Shown here in pieces: positions 19,201 to 27,894 of a DNA stretch of 64,000 nucleotides (position 1 is the first letter of the stretch; each line of letters starts with the position of its first letter). Made by a program: the position numbers and the translations under genes. Location: sequence record ON529850.1, one strand, 5' to 3'. The notes under the pieces are model-generated. The model made no database searches. It saw only the letters and a list, made by a program, of their open reading frames with translations, and had not been told where the DNA came from.

Positions 19201-19692
19201 ATCTTCAAGCGGCATGTCCTCGAACATGAGATACGCCAGGCCCCGGTAGGCCGGCGTATTCCCTTCACCGACGATCTTCTCAATCGTCGGATCAGGTTGC
19301 TGGTCTTCGCCGCCGTTGTAAACCTTGATCTTGAACTTCTTCTTGATCGCCAGGGTTCCCGTCCCCGTGGCGTCGTAGATCAACTTGTGGTTGGCCCAGA
19401 TTTTACGGACATTAGCGATCGGTCCACGGCACATCGCCATGGCGAACGTGCCGGTGTAGAGGTAGTATTTGTAGCGCTTGAGGCCGACTCGCTTCTTCTT
19501 TTTGTGCTCTCTGATCTTATCGGTCCAGATCATGTTGGCGGCGACGCGCACCACCCCATAGGCGTTCGGGATCGCCGCCCCATAGGTGGAGGCGGCGACC
19601 TTCAGGTCCTTCAGACGCGGTCCTTCGGCGGGGAAGAGGAACCCGATGCCGATCTGCGCCACCGTCATGATGGCGAACGAAAACGGGTCCAT
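16207..19692 (-). CDS. Tail tip / host-specificity protein (GTA-like, lambda J-like), paralogue 1
   Basis: EGPRL.DLK..ASTYGAAIP, PAYRGLAY.MF.D.PLEDFGN.IPQI, RGRRGTE motifs; 1161 aa. Confidence 0.85.
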   Translation of the reverse strand: MDPFSFAIMTVAQIGIGFLFPAEGPRLKDLKVAASTYGAAIPNAYGVVRVAANMIWTDKIREHKKKKRVGLKRYKYYLYTGTFAMAMCRGPIANVRKIWANHKLIYDATGTGTLAIKKKFKIKVYNGGEDQQPDPTIEKIVGEGNTPAYRGLAYLMFEDMPLEDFGNSIPQISVELYAVGDGEGASVGRMTRLDFQQATSYQTDEVAYNGDMDMVAVGLTYNGLTILRPSSGKEEDRSLHTSKAVSAVYGISPTTGNIVVQGQGGNSRPFHLYEPISWNMVGSFGRSSSSLTEFPAGAYQGAFSVDRNGVEWCFYQSVFGDYYVFRTQPFGLGGLVELGSQSAGFYGSTAFVGVTGAENATFYVFDGANASGGVVNALVLRKMEAAESGWTTSEVTRILNTGGVVGFSVLQCHYDPTDQGLLLVWRDNIRYYMGKYRPSESRWVWQRGGFSAAVGYVHSSVLSRGEFWWISSSRLYRMNAATGEYLRDSFDPFMGMLDTDSVPQSVIDSAVANAPYTGEVIYDQDGKVVSGFSTTTSQYSDPANEQIILYGVGTGGGFRIIRRGVLVKDETTTLAGLVTILLSRSGLGPQDFDVTALKAQPIRGYGWANFSDVRGVLAQLRMLYMFDLVERDGKLVGVMRSSGSNEIQIGQPVRRITSRLLGSNGDGTGTDYWKESRIQDADLPRRVSLSYMNWDKDFETSTALTKRITAPSPTMFSLQQVAMEIGVVMTAKEAKDQVNKILWSQWAERTEHETTVPWAYIDLDPADIVDVRFDDGRRYRERVQQMEFGANWALRLESITQDSIAYESDAKADGGSGGPPPPPYIPPRAAKAVVLNTPLLRDQDDTGGAYSLYYTAVAHGGLVPFDGASMYRSTDNASYEMLYITDQDVEWASVSGVVPPPRHGAFGLDWETRITVWPVIDWFELESITDDELWAGQNLCAVGAELIQFRDCVQNNDGSWTIWNLLRGRRGTEYACSTHQTAEMFVFLSSSTFEGDAESLDQRGRSRWFRAVADGISPDFSPATQVYYEPRDLMPYAPKDIRRSVAGTVVTLSWKRRTRMGGNMQDGTGSVPLNEGREWYEVYILKTPFLGDLSRSDDAPLDSDILFRTETAQPEIILETTEFTAPFDVNLDTLHVLIYQHSTAVGRGFPAVRSIESWQDF

Positions 19693-22600
19693 TTAGAACA
19701 CCTCGTCCGGCTCGATCGAACGCGGTGCCGGGAAGCCCCGACCGACCGAATCCGACAGTTGATAGATGACCAGATGCAGAGGGTCGGCCGCCAGATCGAC
19801 GCCGTCCGCCGCCTGGTCCGCAGCAGTGTAAAGAAACTCAGGAGCCGTCAGCTCGAAGCGTCGCAGGAAGACGTCCGGACCACGCCCGCGCGACAGATCG
19901 CCCGAGAAGGGCGCGTCAAGAACATAGGCCTCATAACGCTCAGCGCGCTCACCCAACGGCACCACGCCAGTGCCGTCCTGCATGTTGCCGCCGAAACGAA
20001 CACACCTCTGCCAGGTCACTTTTGCATCCGACCCGACCTTCTCGCGTCGAATGTCGGACGGTGCGTAGGGCATCAGATCGCGCGGCTCATAGACGACCGT
20101 CAAGACAGGCTGAGACGCCAAGGAGCCGCCCACGGCGACCGCCTTGAAGAAACGCGCCTGCCCGCGCGCGCTGGTCTGATCCACCGCAAACCCGACCGTG
20201 GCGGAAGATAGGAAGATGAAGCGTTCGCCGGGTCTGTGAGCCGCGCTGGCGTATTGCGTGCCCCTGCGTGCGCGAAGCAGGTTCCAGATCGTCCAGGTTC
20301 CGTCAGCATTCTGCACGCAGTCGCGGAACTGAATGATCTCCTCCCCGATCAACGCCATGTTAGCGCCCGCCCACAGCTCATCATCCGTGATGGGCTCGAT
20401 TTCGAACCAATCCACGGCCGGCCGGATCGTCACCTGCGACGTCCAATCCAGGGAGAAGGCCCCGAACGGCGGAGGCGGCAGGGCGTCGCCCACGATCGTC
20501 CCCCATTCCAGATCGTCTTCCAAGGAAGGGATGACGTCATAGTCGAGGTTGTTGGTCGAGCGGAACAGCGCTCCACCCGTCCAGGCCTGGTCGTCCATGC
20601 CGTTGCCCAAGCCGACATAGTAGATGCTGACCGATCCACCCTGATCGTCCATGTCACGCATCAGGGGCGTGTTAAAAACAAACGGCACCGCCAGGCCGGG
20701 AGGCAGGATGCCGGACGAACCACCTGAGCCCGCGCCGCCGTCCGCCGGAATCTCGTCCCATCCCTCATAGGCTCCAGAATCCTGCGAATAGGATTCCGTC
20801 GCCATGACGAAGTCTGCGCCGATTTCAGTCCGATGCAGACGGTCTTCATAGAGACGACCATCCTTCATTGCCACATTGATGGTGTCACCCGGATCGAGCG
20901 CCAGATAGGCCCAGGGCAGGCGCGTGTTGTGGCGCGTCCGCTCCGTCCACTGCGAATAGAGCATCTTGTGAACCTGCGCCTTGGCCTCCTGCGCGGTCAT
21001 CACGATGTTGATCTCCATGCTCACCTGCTGGCGCGAGAACATGGTCGGTACGGGATTGGTGATCCGCGCCGAACGGGCGGTGGAGGTCTCAAAGTCCCGA
21101 TCCACGTTCATGTAGGAGAAGGTGACGCGAGCCGGCAAGTCCATTTCCTGCAAACGGGTTTCGCTCCAGTAGTCGGTCGCCCCTTCCGAAGACGACCCCA
21201 AGGCGTCCTGCGGAATGACCTCGACCGGAACCCCCATGCCGTTGGTGTCGTCGCCGCGCATGACCGCCACCAACAAGCCATCGCGCTCAACCAGATCGAA
21301 CAGGAAGACCCTACGGAGTTCGTCAAACACTCCCTTGATGTCGGTCGCGGAGGCCCAGCCGTAGCCTCGGACAGGCAGTTGATAGAGCGCCGCCAGATCG
21401 GTGCGCATCAACGGCATGCCGCCTTCTTCCAGAAGGCGCGCCACGATGGTGCCGACGCTCACCCCGGTGGAGATATTGGTCGCCTTGACCACCCCGTCGA
21501 TGCCGTCCAAACCGATCAGAAGCCCGCGCGACGCATCAATCGCCTGCAAGCTCGCCGCGCCGCCGACGTAGGGCTCCTTCAGCGCGATGCCGGCGCCGAC
21601 CGTGCTCTGAATGTAGGTCAGCGTCCGGCCTTCCGAGGGTCCATTGGTCATGTAGTCGTATTGCGCGTAGGCCTCCGGGCTATCGGCATAGGCCCAGCCG
21701 CCGTTGTAATAGTCGGCCAGCACCTGAGGATACCGGTTAAGGTAATCCGCCCAGTCGACCTGACCCACCGTCGTTCCGGGGTCTTCGCCGTCCAGTGAGG
21801 CTCCGGTCGCGGCGTCCAGCAGATAGACCCGTCCGGCGTGAAGCCACCCCACCTGAGATTCCAGGGTGCGGCTCTCCGGTGCGATCTCATTGGGGTAGCC
21901 GTCGATCTCCTTGGTCCAGCCGATGTCAGCCGTGTCCTCATTCCACTTGACCAGGCGCGCCTGTCCCGCCTGGCGGACGAAAGCCAGAACGCCTGCCATG
22001 CCAGCATCCCACAACACCGGACCCACCTGATCAGCGGCGATCTGTCCGACATCTTCCACACCGGCCTGCGTGACGCGGGAAATGGTCAGCCCTGATCCAC
22101 CCGGACGCACGACATAGAAGATCGGAGGCGCATCCAGATCAGTCGGGTCCCGCCCAACAGCGCGCGCGCCGGCGCCCAGCGCGCCGCTCCACAGGAGGTC
22201 CAAGGTCACACCATCATAGAGGTGCGCCTGCCCACTGCCCGTGATCGCGAGAAATTGGGTGGAAGACCCGCTGGACGCCGCGCTGGCGCCTCGGACGAAC
22301 GCCGGAGTGGCCTCCACCGTGGCGACGGCTTGCAGCGAATAAGGGTCCAGCCGCGCCAGATTATTCGCCCCGCCGGCAGGGCCATAGAGGGCATAGATGG
22401 CGCCGTTAGGGCTGCCGCACAGCAGCCGCTTCAACGGCGCTTCATCCGTGAAGCCCAAGGTCTTGTTGTCATAGAGCACACGCGCCGTGCCGTCACGCAG
22501 GCTGACCGACTTGATGGCGGTTTCATAGCGGAGATAGAAGACCGCGCGCGCGAAGTCGAACACCGCCTCACCGGCGGCGCGATCGCGCGACAGTTCCGTG

Positions 22601-23247
22601 TTCCCGTCCTGCTCACGCAGGGGCGTGACCGCCACTTCGGTGGTCTGCTCACCCACCAGAACCTCGGCGGTGATCTGCGGGATGCGATTGCCGAAATCTT
22701 CCAGCGGCATGTCGTCGAACAGGATATAGGCCAGGCCCCGGAACGCGGGCGCATTGCCTTCGCCCAGCTGCTTCTCAATCGCCGAGTCCGGCAGCTGCTC
22801 CTCGTCACCCATGTAGAAGCGCATCCGATACTTGGACTGCCCCTGACGGTTGATATGACCCGTCACGAACTGCTTCATGGACTGCGGCTGCGTCGCCTGG
22901 CTGGGGCTGATCCCGCCGGTGGCGTCATAGATCAGCTTGTTGTCAGCCCAGATGCGGCGAATTTCGCGCACGGTTCCCTGGCACAAGCCCATCGCGAAAG
23001 TGCAGAAGTAGGTGTATTGGTTGTAGGAGCCACCCTTGCCCGACTTCTTTTTCTTCTTCTCACGCATCTGGTCGGACCAGATCATGTTGCCGGGAACGCG
23101 CGTCAGGCCGAACACCCAGGGGATGGCGGCGCCGTAGGTCGAGGCGCTGATCTTGAGGTCTTTCAGGCGCGGTCCCTCGGAGGGGAACAGGTAACTGATC
23201 CCCACCTGGGCCACCGCCATCATCGCCATGCTGAACGGATCAGCCAT
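19693..23247 (-). CDS. Tail tip / host-specificity protein, paralogue 2
   Basis: Same conserved N- and C-terminal blocks as paralogue 1 with a different central region; start MADPFS at 23247. Confidence 0.85.
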   Translation of the reverse strand: MADPFSMAMMAVAQVGISYLFPSEGPRLKDLKISASTYGAAIPWVFGLTRVPGNMIWSDQMREKKKKKSGKGGSYNQYTYFCTFAMGLCQGTVREIRRIWADNKLIYDATGGISPSQATQPQSMKQFVTGHINRQGQSKYRMRFYMGDEEQLPDSAIEKQLGEGNAPAFRGLAYILFDDMPLEDFGNRIPQITAEVLVGEQTTEVAVTPLREQDGNTELSRDRAAGEAVFDFARAVFYLRYETAIKSVSLRDGTARVLYDNKTLGFTDEAPLKRLLCGSPNGAIYALYGPAGGANNLARLDPYSLQAVATVEATPAFVRGASAASSGSSTQFLAITGSGQAHLYDGVTLDLLWSGALGAGARAVGRDPTDLDAPPIFYVVRPGGSGLTISRVTQAGVEDVGQIAADQVGPVLWDAGMAGVLAFVRQAGQARLVKWNEDTADIGWTKEIDGYPNEIAPESRTLESQVGWLHAGRVYLLDAATGASLDGEDPGTTVGQVDWADYLNRYPQVLADYYNGGWAYADSPEAYAQYDYMTNGPSEGRTLTYIQSTVGAGIALKEPYVGGAASLQAIDASRGLLIGLDGIDGVVKATNISTGVSVGTIVARLLEEGGMPLMRTDLAALYQLPVRGYGWASATDIKGVFDELRRVFLFDLVERDGLLVAVMRGDDTNGMGVPVEVIPQDALGSSSEGATDYWSETRLQEMDLPARVTFSYMNVDRDFETSTARSARITNPVPTMFSRQQVSMEINIVMTAQEAKAQVHKMLYSQWTERTRHNTRLPWAYLALDPGDTINVAMKDGRLYEDRLHRTEIGADFVMATESYSQDSGAYEGWDEIPADGGAGSGGSSGILPPGLAVPFVFNTPLMRDMDDQGGSVSIYYVGLGNGMDDQAWTGGALFRSTNNLDYDVIPSLEDDLEWGTIVGDALPPPPFGAFSLDWTSQVTIRPAVDWFEIEPITDDELWAGANMALIGEEIIQFRDCVQNADGTWTIWNLLRARRGTQYASAAHRPGERFIFLSSATVGFAVDQTSARGQARFFKAVAVGGSLASQPVLTVVYEPRDLMPYAPSDIRREKVGSDAKVTWQRCVRFGGNMQDGTGVVPLGERAERYEAYVLDAPFSGDLSRGRGPDVFLRRFELTAPEFLYTAADQAADGVDLAADPLHLVIYQLSDSVGRGFPAPRSIEPDEVF

Positions 23248-23249
23248 CC

Positions 23250-23666
23250 TTAGTCCTCCACGCCGGGAAAATCGAGCACGCAGCGCAGGCGGGTCGACCA
23301 GTAGCCGTCCCACTCCTCCTCCACGACCGCCCGCTTGGCGAGCGAGGCGTGGAGTAGATAGGGACGGTCGTATTTTTCAGTGATGAAGCCGATGTGACAC
23401 GGCTGGTGTTGATCGCGCAGGATCACGACCGATCCCGGTGCGACCGTCTGTGGGTCGCGTAGGATCAGGAACCGCTTGACGTGATCCACGAACCGTCCGT
23501 CAGGATTTCGGGAGTATCCGTCGATGTCCTCGTAGGGGATCGCAAAAGCATCCCCCACCACGCAGACGAGGCCGATGCAATCGACCCCCATCCCGGTGCG
23601 CCCGCGATGTCGCCAAGGAATACCCAGATGCCGCCGCGCCTCGGCGATGATTTCTTGTCGCTTCAT
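23250..23666 (-). CDS. Tail-associated NlpC/P60 peptidase
   Basis: PW.H.GR...GVDC.GL and CHIG catalytic Cys/His motifs; start MKRQEII. Confidence 0.9.
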   Translation of the reverse strand: MKRQEIIAEARRHLGIPWRHRGRTGMGVDCIGLVCVVGDAFAIPYEDIDGYSRNPDGRFVDHVKRFLILRDPQTVAPGSVVILRDQHQPCHIGFITEKYDRPYLLHASLAKRAVVEEEWDGYWSTRLRCVLDFPGVED

Positions 23667-23670
23667 CGCT

Positions 23671-25344
23671 TTACATCGCCGGCGCGTTGGGGGTCTGGTA
23701 ATACTTGTCCTGACCCGGCACGTCCGGCTCACCCCGGAAGTTCAGAATGTTGGCGAACTTCTCCTTGCAGGTCGATCGCGTCTTATCGCATCCAGGGTGA
23801 ATGACGAAGCGGTCGCCCGCCTGCGGGATGTGGTAGGGGCGCTGGAACAGGGTGACGGCGTTGCCAGACGACACCTTGATTTCCTGGGCACGGCCGGCGT
23901 TCTTCCCGGTCTCCCAGATCAGAAGCCCGCCGTCATAATAGCCGGCAGCCTCGCCCGTCGAGGACACGACGATGGTCCGGCCTTTATCCGAGGTCCCCAT
24001 GACGGTGACCGCCTTCTTGTAGGACTTGATGGCCTTCCAGGTGATGCCGCCATCCGTCACAGTGTCGCCGATCATGTTCGACCAGGACGGTTCAGTCGCG
24101 CCGGAGACACCGGCGGCGATACACTGGAACGCCACGTCGCCGTATTGATCGGCCGAGCCCAGAGTTCCGTCAGGGAAGTTGATCGCCGCCGTCACCGTAT
24201 CGAACGCGGCGCCTTCCGAGTAGCGATAGCGCTTGTGGGCGAACAGGTCGAAGCGCAGGAAACGCGTTCCCGGCGGGATGAGTACGTCGCGAACGATCTC
24301 CTGGAACCAGCGATCTTCCGCCGTCTTCTTCAAGCCCGTGTCGTATATGGCGGAGGCGCCGATCTGGGCGCGGTTGGCGTCCAGGGCGTAGACCCGATAA
24401 CGAGCGCCGGCCTCCTTGCTGTTCACGCAAGCGAACCAGATCGTCGAATACAGTCGGCACAGACCCGTATCCAGCTGCACGGCGTCTCCGCCCTGAGCCA
24501 TGATGTCGACATCCTGATACATGCCGATGTCCGCCACCGTGTGGCCGCCACCGTCGTTGTTGGTCTCGTCCGCCTGGGTCCATCCGTCGTCGGTCCCGAA
24601 CGCAGCGTAGGAATCCTTCCCGCCCAACCCGAAGAAGGGCGTCTGGCGCACCGTCCAGCGTCCGCGCGGGTCGCCATAAGAGGTCCAGCCTTCAATGTCG
24701 CGAACCGTCGTCGGCAGGGTGCCGGCGTCCTGGTCGAATGACGGGTTGACCAGGGAAAGGTTCATGTATCCGGTCGCGACGTTGATGATGCCGCGCACCA
24801 CGTCGCCGCGTCGGTAATAGGCGCCCGGACGCCAATCCGAAGGACTGATCGCGACCCGGCAACGCCGATCGCCCAGGTCAGCGCGGCACTCCGGCGCATA
24901 GCCTTCGCCGATACGATAGGTGTAGACTTGGGTCAGACCGCGCAATTCGGCGACGAAGGTGGAATCCTCGTTCATCGTCACCTCGCCCAGCCAGCCGGTG
25001 CGAAGAGTGGTGGTCCCGCCTTCCGGGTCCATCCAGTTGACGATGAAGACGCGCACTTCGGCGAAGTCGAACAGCCCGCTGGCGACGTCGCCGCGAGAGA
25101 TATGCTTGGAATTCAGGATGCCGCGCACTTCCATCTGATCCACCTCCAACTCAACGCCGGTGGTGATAGACGTCCGCGCGAAAGACGAGTAGGGAATGTA
25201 TTCCGCCGAACCGATACGCAGCGGTTGGTCATGGTCGGTGAACCGATACGACATCCCGTCCCGTCGGGTAATCTCCAGGCAGGAGCACAGGGTCGTGACC
25301 CCCTGGCGGATATGGGTCTTCAGTTGAGGTGAAAGGTCTTTCAT
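23671..25344 (-). CDS. Baseplate hub-like protein (DUF2163/BR0599 family) with inserted CBM-like domain
   Basis: DG...RFTDHD, C.ADLGD.RC, GCDK...TC...F.N..NFRGEP motifs. Confidence 0.88.
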   Translation of the reverse strand: MKDLSPQLKTHIRQGVTTLCSCLEITRRDGMSYRFTDHDQPLRIGSAEYIPYSSFARTSITTGVELEVDQMEVRGILNSKHISRGDVASGLFDFAEVRVFIVNWMDPEGGTTTLRTGWLGEVTMNEDSTFVAELRGLTQVYTYRIGEGYAPECRADLGDRRCRVAISPSDWRPGAYYRRGDVVRGIINVATGYMNLSLVNPSFDQDAGTLPTTVRDIEGWTSYGDPRGRWTVRQTPFFGLGGKDSYAAFGTDDGWTQADETNNDGGGHTVADIGMYQDVDIMAQGGDAVQLDTGLCRLYSTIWFACVNSKEAGARYRVYALDANRAQIGASAIYDTGLKKTAEDRWFQEIVRDVLIPPGTRFLRFDLFAHKRYRYSEGAAFDTVTAAINFPDGTLGSADQYGDVAFQCIAAGVSGATEPSWSNMIGDTVTDGGITWKAIKSYKKAVTVMGTSDKGRTIVVSSTGEAAGYYDGGLLIWETGKNAGRAQEIKVSSGNAVTLFQRPYHIPQAGDRFVIHPGCDKTRSTCKEKFANILNFRGEPDVPGQDKYYQTPNAPAM

Positions 25345-25347
25345 CGG

Positions 25348-25998
25348 TCAGCCCTGGAACAGATCGTTCCAGTCGCGCACTTCGACCAAGGGGATCGAAG
25401 ACCAAGACTGGGTGTTCCAAAATTCATGCGTGGCGTCCAGGTGATCGGTGTCGAAGCGCACCGGGACGTGATATTCGGCGGCGCCGATCAGGATCGGCGC
25501 CGTGTTGAGCGGTGGCACCGCGAAGATAAGCTTGCCGGTTTCGTGGTCGACCTCGTAGTCGACGCCCTGCACCTGAACGGCGGCGCCCATCTTGACGCCG
25601 GCCACCGTGCCCCAGGCGATCTTGTAGATGCGGCGCTGATAGGTATAGGACTGTCCCGAAGAGACGTTCTGATCGGTGTAGGTCTTGACGATCGGAAACT
25701 CCGTCGTCGTCCCGTCTCCAATCGCGATGATCTGCTGTTTCAGGCGGAAATCGTTGAAGTCCTTGAAGCGGAACCCGAAAGCGCGCCCACGCCGGGCGTA
25801 GAAGAACGCCGTCAGCTCATCCATCTGCGGCTGAGACTTGATACCGTGACTGACGTCATACTCAGCCCGCGTCATCGACCAGTCGATGTTGCGTTGCTCG
25901 TAGCCAGAGTCGGCCGTGAAGATCGTCGTCTTGAACTTGGGGCCGCCCGAGCTTCCATAGGAGATCGCCTCGGGGAACAGCACTTCGTGGAAAGCCAT
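25348..25998 (-). CDS. Distal tail protein (DUF2460/TIGR02217 family), short paralogue
   Basis: FHEV.FP..ISYGSSGGP.F.T, FF..RRGRA.GFRFKD..D, VPVRFDTD.L. Confidence 0.9.
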   Translation of the reverse strand: MAFHEVLFPEAISYGSSGGPKFKTTIFTADSGYEQRNIDWSMTRAEYDVSHGIKSQPQMDELTAFFYARRGRAFGFRFKDFNDFRLKQQIIAIGDGTTTEFPIVKTYTDQNVSSGQSYTYQRRIYKIAWGTVAGVKMGAAVQVQGVDYEVDHETGKLIFAVPPLNTAPILIGAAEYHVPVRFDTDHLDATHEFWNTQSWSSIPLVEVRDWNDLFQG

Positions 25999-25999
25999 G

Positions 26000-27796
26000 T
26001 CAATCCAGCTCCAAATCGGTCCAGTCGCGCACCTCGACCAGCGGGATGGATTCCCAGGATCGGTAGGTCCAGAACTCGTGTTTCATGTTGAGATGATCGG
26101 TGTCGAACCTGACCCCGATGTGATATTCGACGCTAGAGAGCGTCAGTGTTTCCGGGGGCGTGAAAGACACATTGTTCAGGTCGGTCGAAATGACCGCTGG
26201 TGGGTCCAAGATAGCGTAACCACCCACGCCACCGATGTATTTGCGCGCCGGATCAAAGACCTGATAGTCGTGCGACGATGCGACCGGACGTGACTCCACC
26301 GTCCCCGTCTCCGTGTCGATCCGCCACAAACGCTTGCCGAAGTCGCGCGTATCGCGAACCCAAAACAACTCGCCATCCAAAACGACCTGGCAGTTCGTCC
26401 GCGCGTAATTCGACTGGAACCCCGGCGGCATCCGCCGTTGCCAGGCCCATCGTCCTTCATCGGGAAGGAACAAACCGGCCCAATGGTCATAGCCGTCATA
26501 GACGTAGTCTGGAACCGCTTCCTCGCCGCGCCAGAACACCAGAACGCCGCCCGTTTTCTTGTCGCAGTAGACGGCGGTAGGACGCGCTGTCGGTGAACCC
26601 CAGGTCTCCGCGATCCAAGCAGCGCCGTTCATCCAGATGCGCAGCCCGCAGCCATGGATGGCGCCGCCCGAAGGCCGCTCGTAGACAAAAGCGAAACCTG
26701 CTTCCTTGTAGGGCGTCGCCGCAACATACTGCTGCGACGTGATGCCGCCGAAACGACCCAGGTGCGCCACCCGAACCATGGTGTCAGCGGAGTGGATGTC
26801 GATGTTGCCCCAGAGGTCCGCCCACAGCAGATATTGTTCGTTGGCGGAAACACACCCCGGCGACCAAGGCGACCCAACGCCTTTGTCGTCGCTGGGCCAG
26901 ATCGACGAATCGCCCCAGCTGGAGACGTATTGCATCGTCATCCCGTCCACCTTGTGCATGGTGGTGGTGTTGGAGCCCTCATTGATGAGGTAGAGCATCC
27001 CGCTGGGACTGACGGCGCCGATCGCCAGAATCCCCCGGTTGCCCGGCAAGGACATCATCGCCGGCGACGCCTTGGCGTCGACTTCAGCCGTCGGCAGGTT
27101 GAACCGAATCAGTCCCGGCGTGCCCAACACGTTCGCCATGCCGCCTTGAACAAAGGCTCGGCCGGTCTTCGACGCATAGAAGAAGACCCCGCGTGTGTTC
27201 GACCCTTGGGTGTAGAAGTTGTAGTCCGGCGTAAACTCCCCCGGACGCCAGTTGATCTTCGTGAGCGGCGTTGCGCCTGCATACCGACCGCCCCACATCG
27301 GCGTGTTCAGCGTCAGCTGGCCGGTGTTGTAATCCAGGCGGTAATACCGCCCGGCCGACACCGACTTGGTGATGGTCGTCCCGTCGATCTGGACGCCTTT
27401 TTCCGAACCCCACTCGATCTTGTCGAGCAGGCGCCGAGTCACGTAGACCTCGCCGTTCGGACCGTTCGACGTATAATCCTTGCTCAGCTGGAACCGGCTG
27501 GTGGCGTAATCGCCAATCCCCAGCGTCTGGTTCTCCAGCTTGTAGTCGTTAAAGTCCTTGAAGCGGAACCCATAGGCACGACCGCGCCGGTTCATGAAGA
27601 AGGTGGTCAGCGCCTCGGCCTGGCCTTGAGTCTTCACGCCATGGCTGACGTCATACTCCGCACGGGTCTTCGGCCAATGGGCCACACGCGCCTCAAACCC
27701 GGAATCCGCCGACCATACAGACGTCTTGAACTTCGGGCCGCCGGACGAACCATAAGAAATGTCAGGCGGGAAGAGAACGTCGTGAAAATCGGACAT
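26000..27796 (-). CDS. Distal tail protein (DUF2460 family), long paralogue with a large insertion
   Basis: Same N- and C-terminal motifs as 25348-25998, separated by roughly 380 extra residues. Confidence 0.88.
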   Translation of the reverse strand: MSDFHDVLFPPDISYGSSGGPKFKTSVWSADSGFEARVAHWPKTRAEYDVSHGVKTQGQAEALTTFFMNRRGRAYGFRFKDFNDYKLENQTLGIGDYATSRFQLSKDYTSNGPNGEVYVTRRLLDKIEWGSEKGVQIDGTTITKSVSAGRYYRLDYNTGQLTLNTPMWGGRYAGATPLTKINWRPGEFTPDYNFYTQGSNTRGVFFYASKTGRAFVQGGMANVLGTPGLIRFNLPTAEVDAKASPAMMSLPGNRGILAIGAVSPSGMLYLINEGSNTTTMHKVDGMTMQYVSSWGDSSIWPSDDKGVGSPWSPGCVSANEQYLLWADLWGNIDIHSADTMVRVAHLGRFGGITSQQYVAATPYKEAGFAFVYERPSGGAIHGCGLRIWMNGAAWIAETWGSPTARPTAVYCDKKTGGVLVFWRGEEAVPDYVYDGYDHWAGLFLPDEGRWAWQRRMPPGFQSNYARTNCQVVLDGELFWVRDTRDFGKRLWRIDTETGTVESRPVASSHDYQVFDPARKYIGGVGGYAILDPPAVISTDLNNVSFTPPETLTLSSVEYHIGVRFDTDHLNMKHEFWTYRSWESIPLVEVRDWTDLELD

Positions 27797-27823
27797 GATT
27801 CAGGGCATGCGGGGAGAACAGCT

Positions 27824-27888
27824 TTCATGACATGAAGGCGGCCTTCCGTCAAGTTTTACGGCAGTGGGCGTCGCCAATGGCGACGCCC
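27824..27888 (-). promoter_or_regulatory. Hairpin after the tape measure gene followed by a sigma70-like promoter for the tail-tip genes
   Basis: 10-bp stem 27866-27888 (no U-tract); TTGACG (27852-27847), 17 nt, CATGAA. Confidence 0.45.
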
Positions 27889-27894
27889 TTCCGT

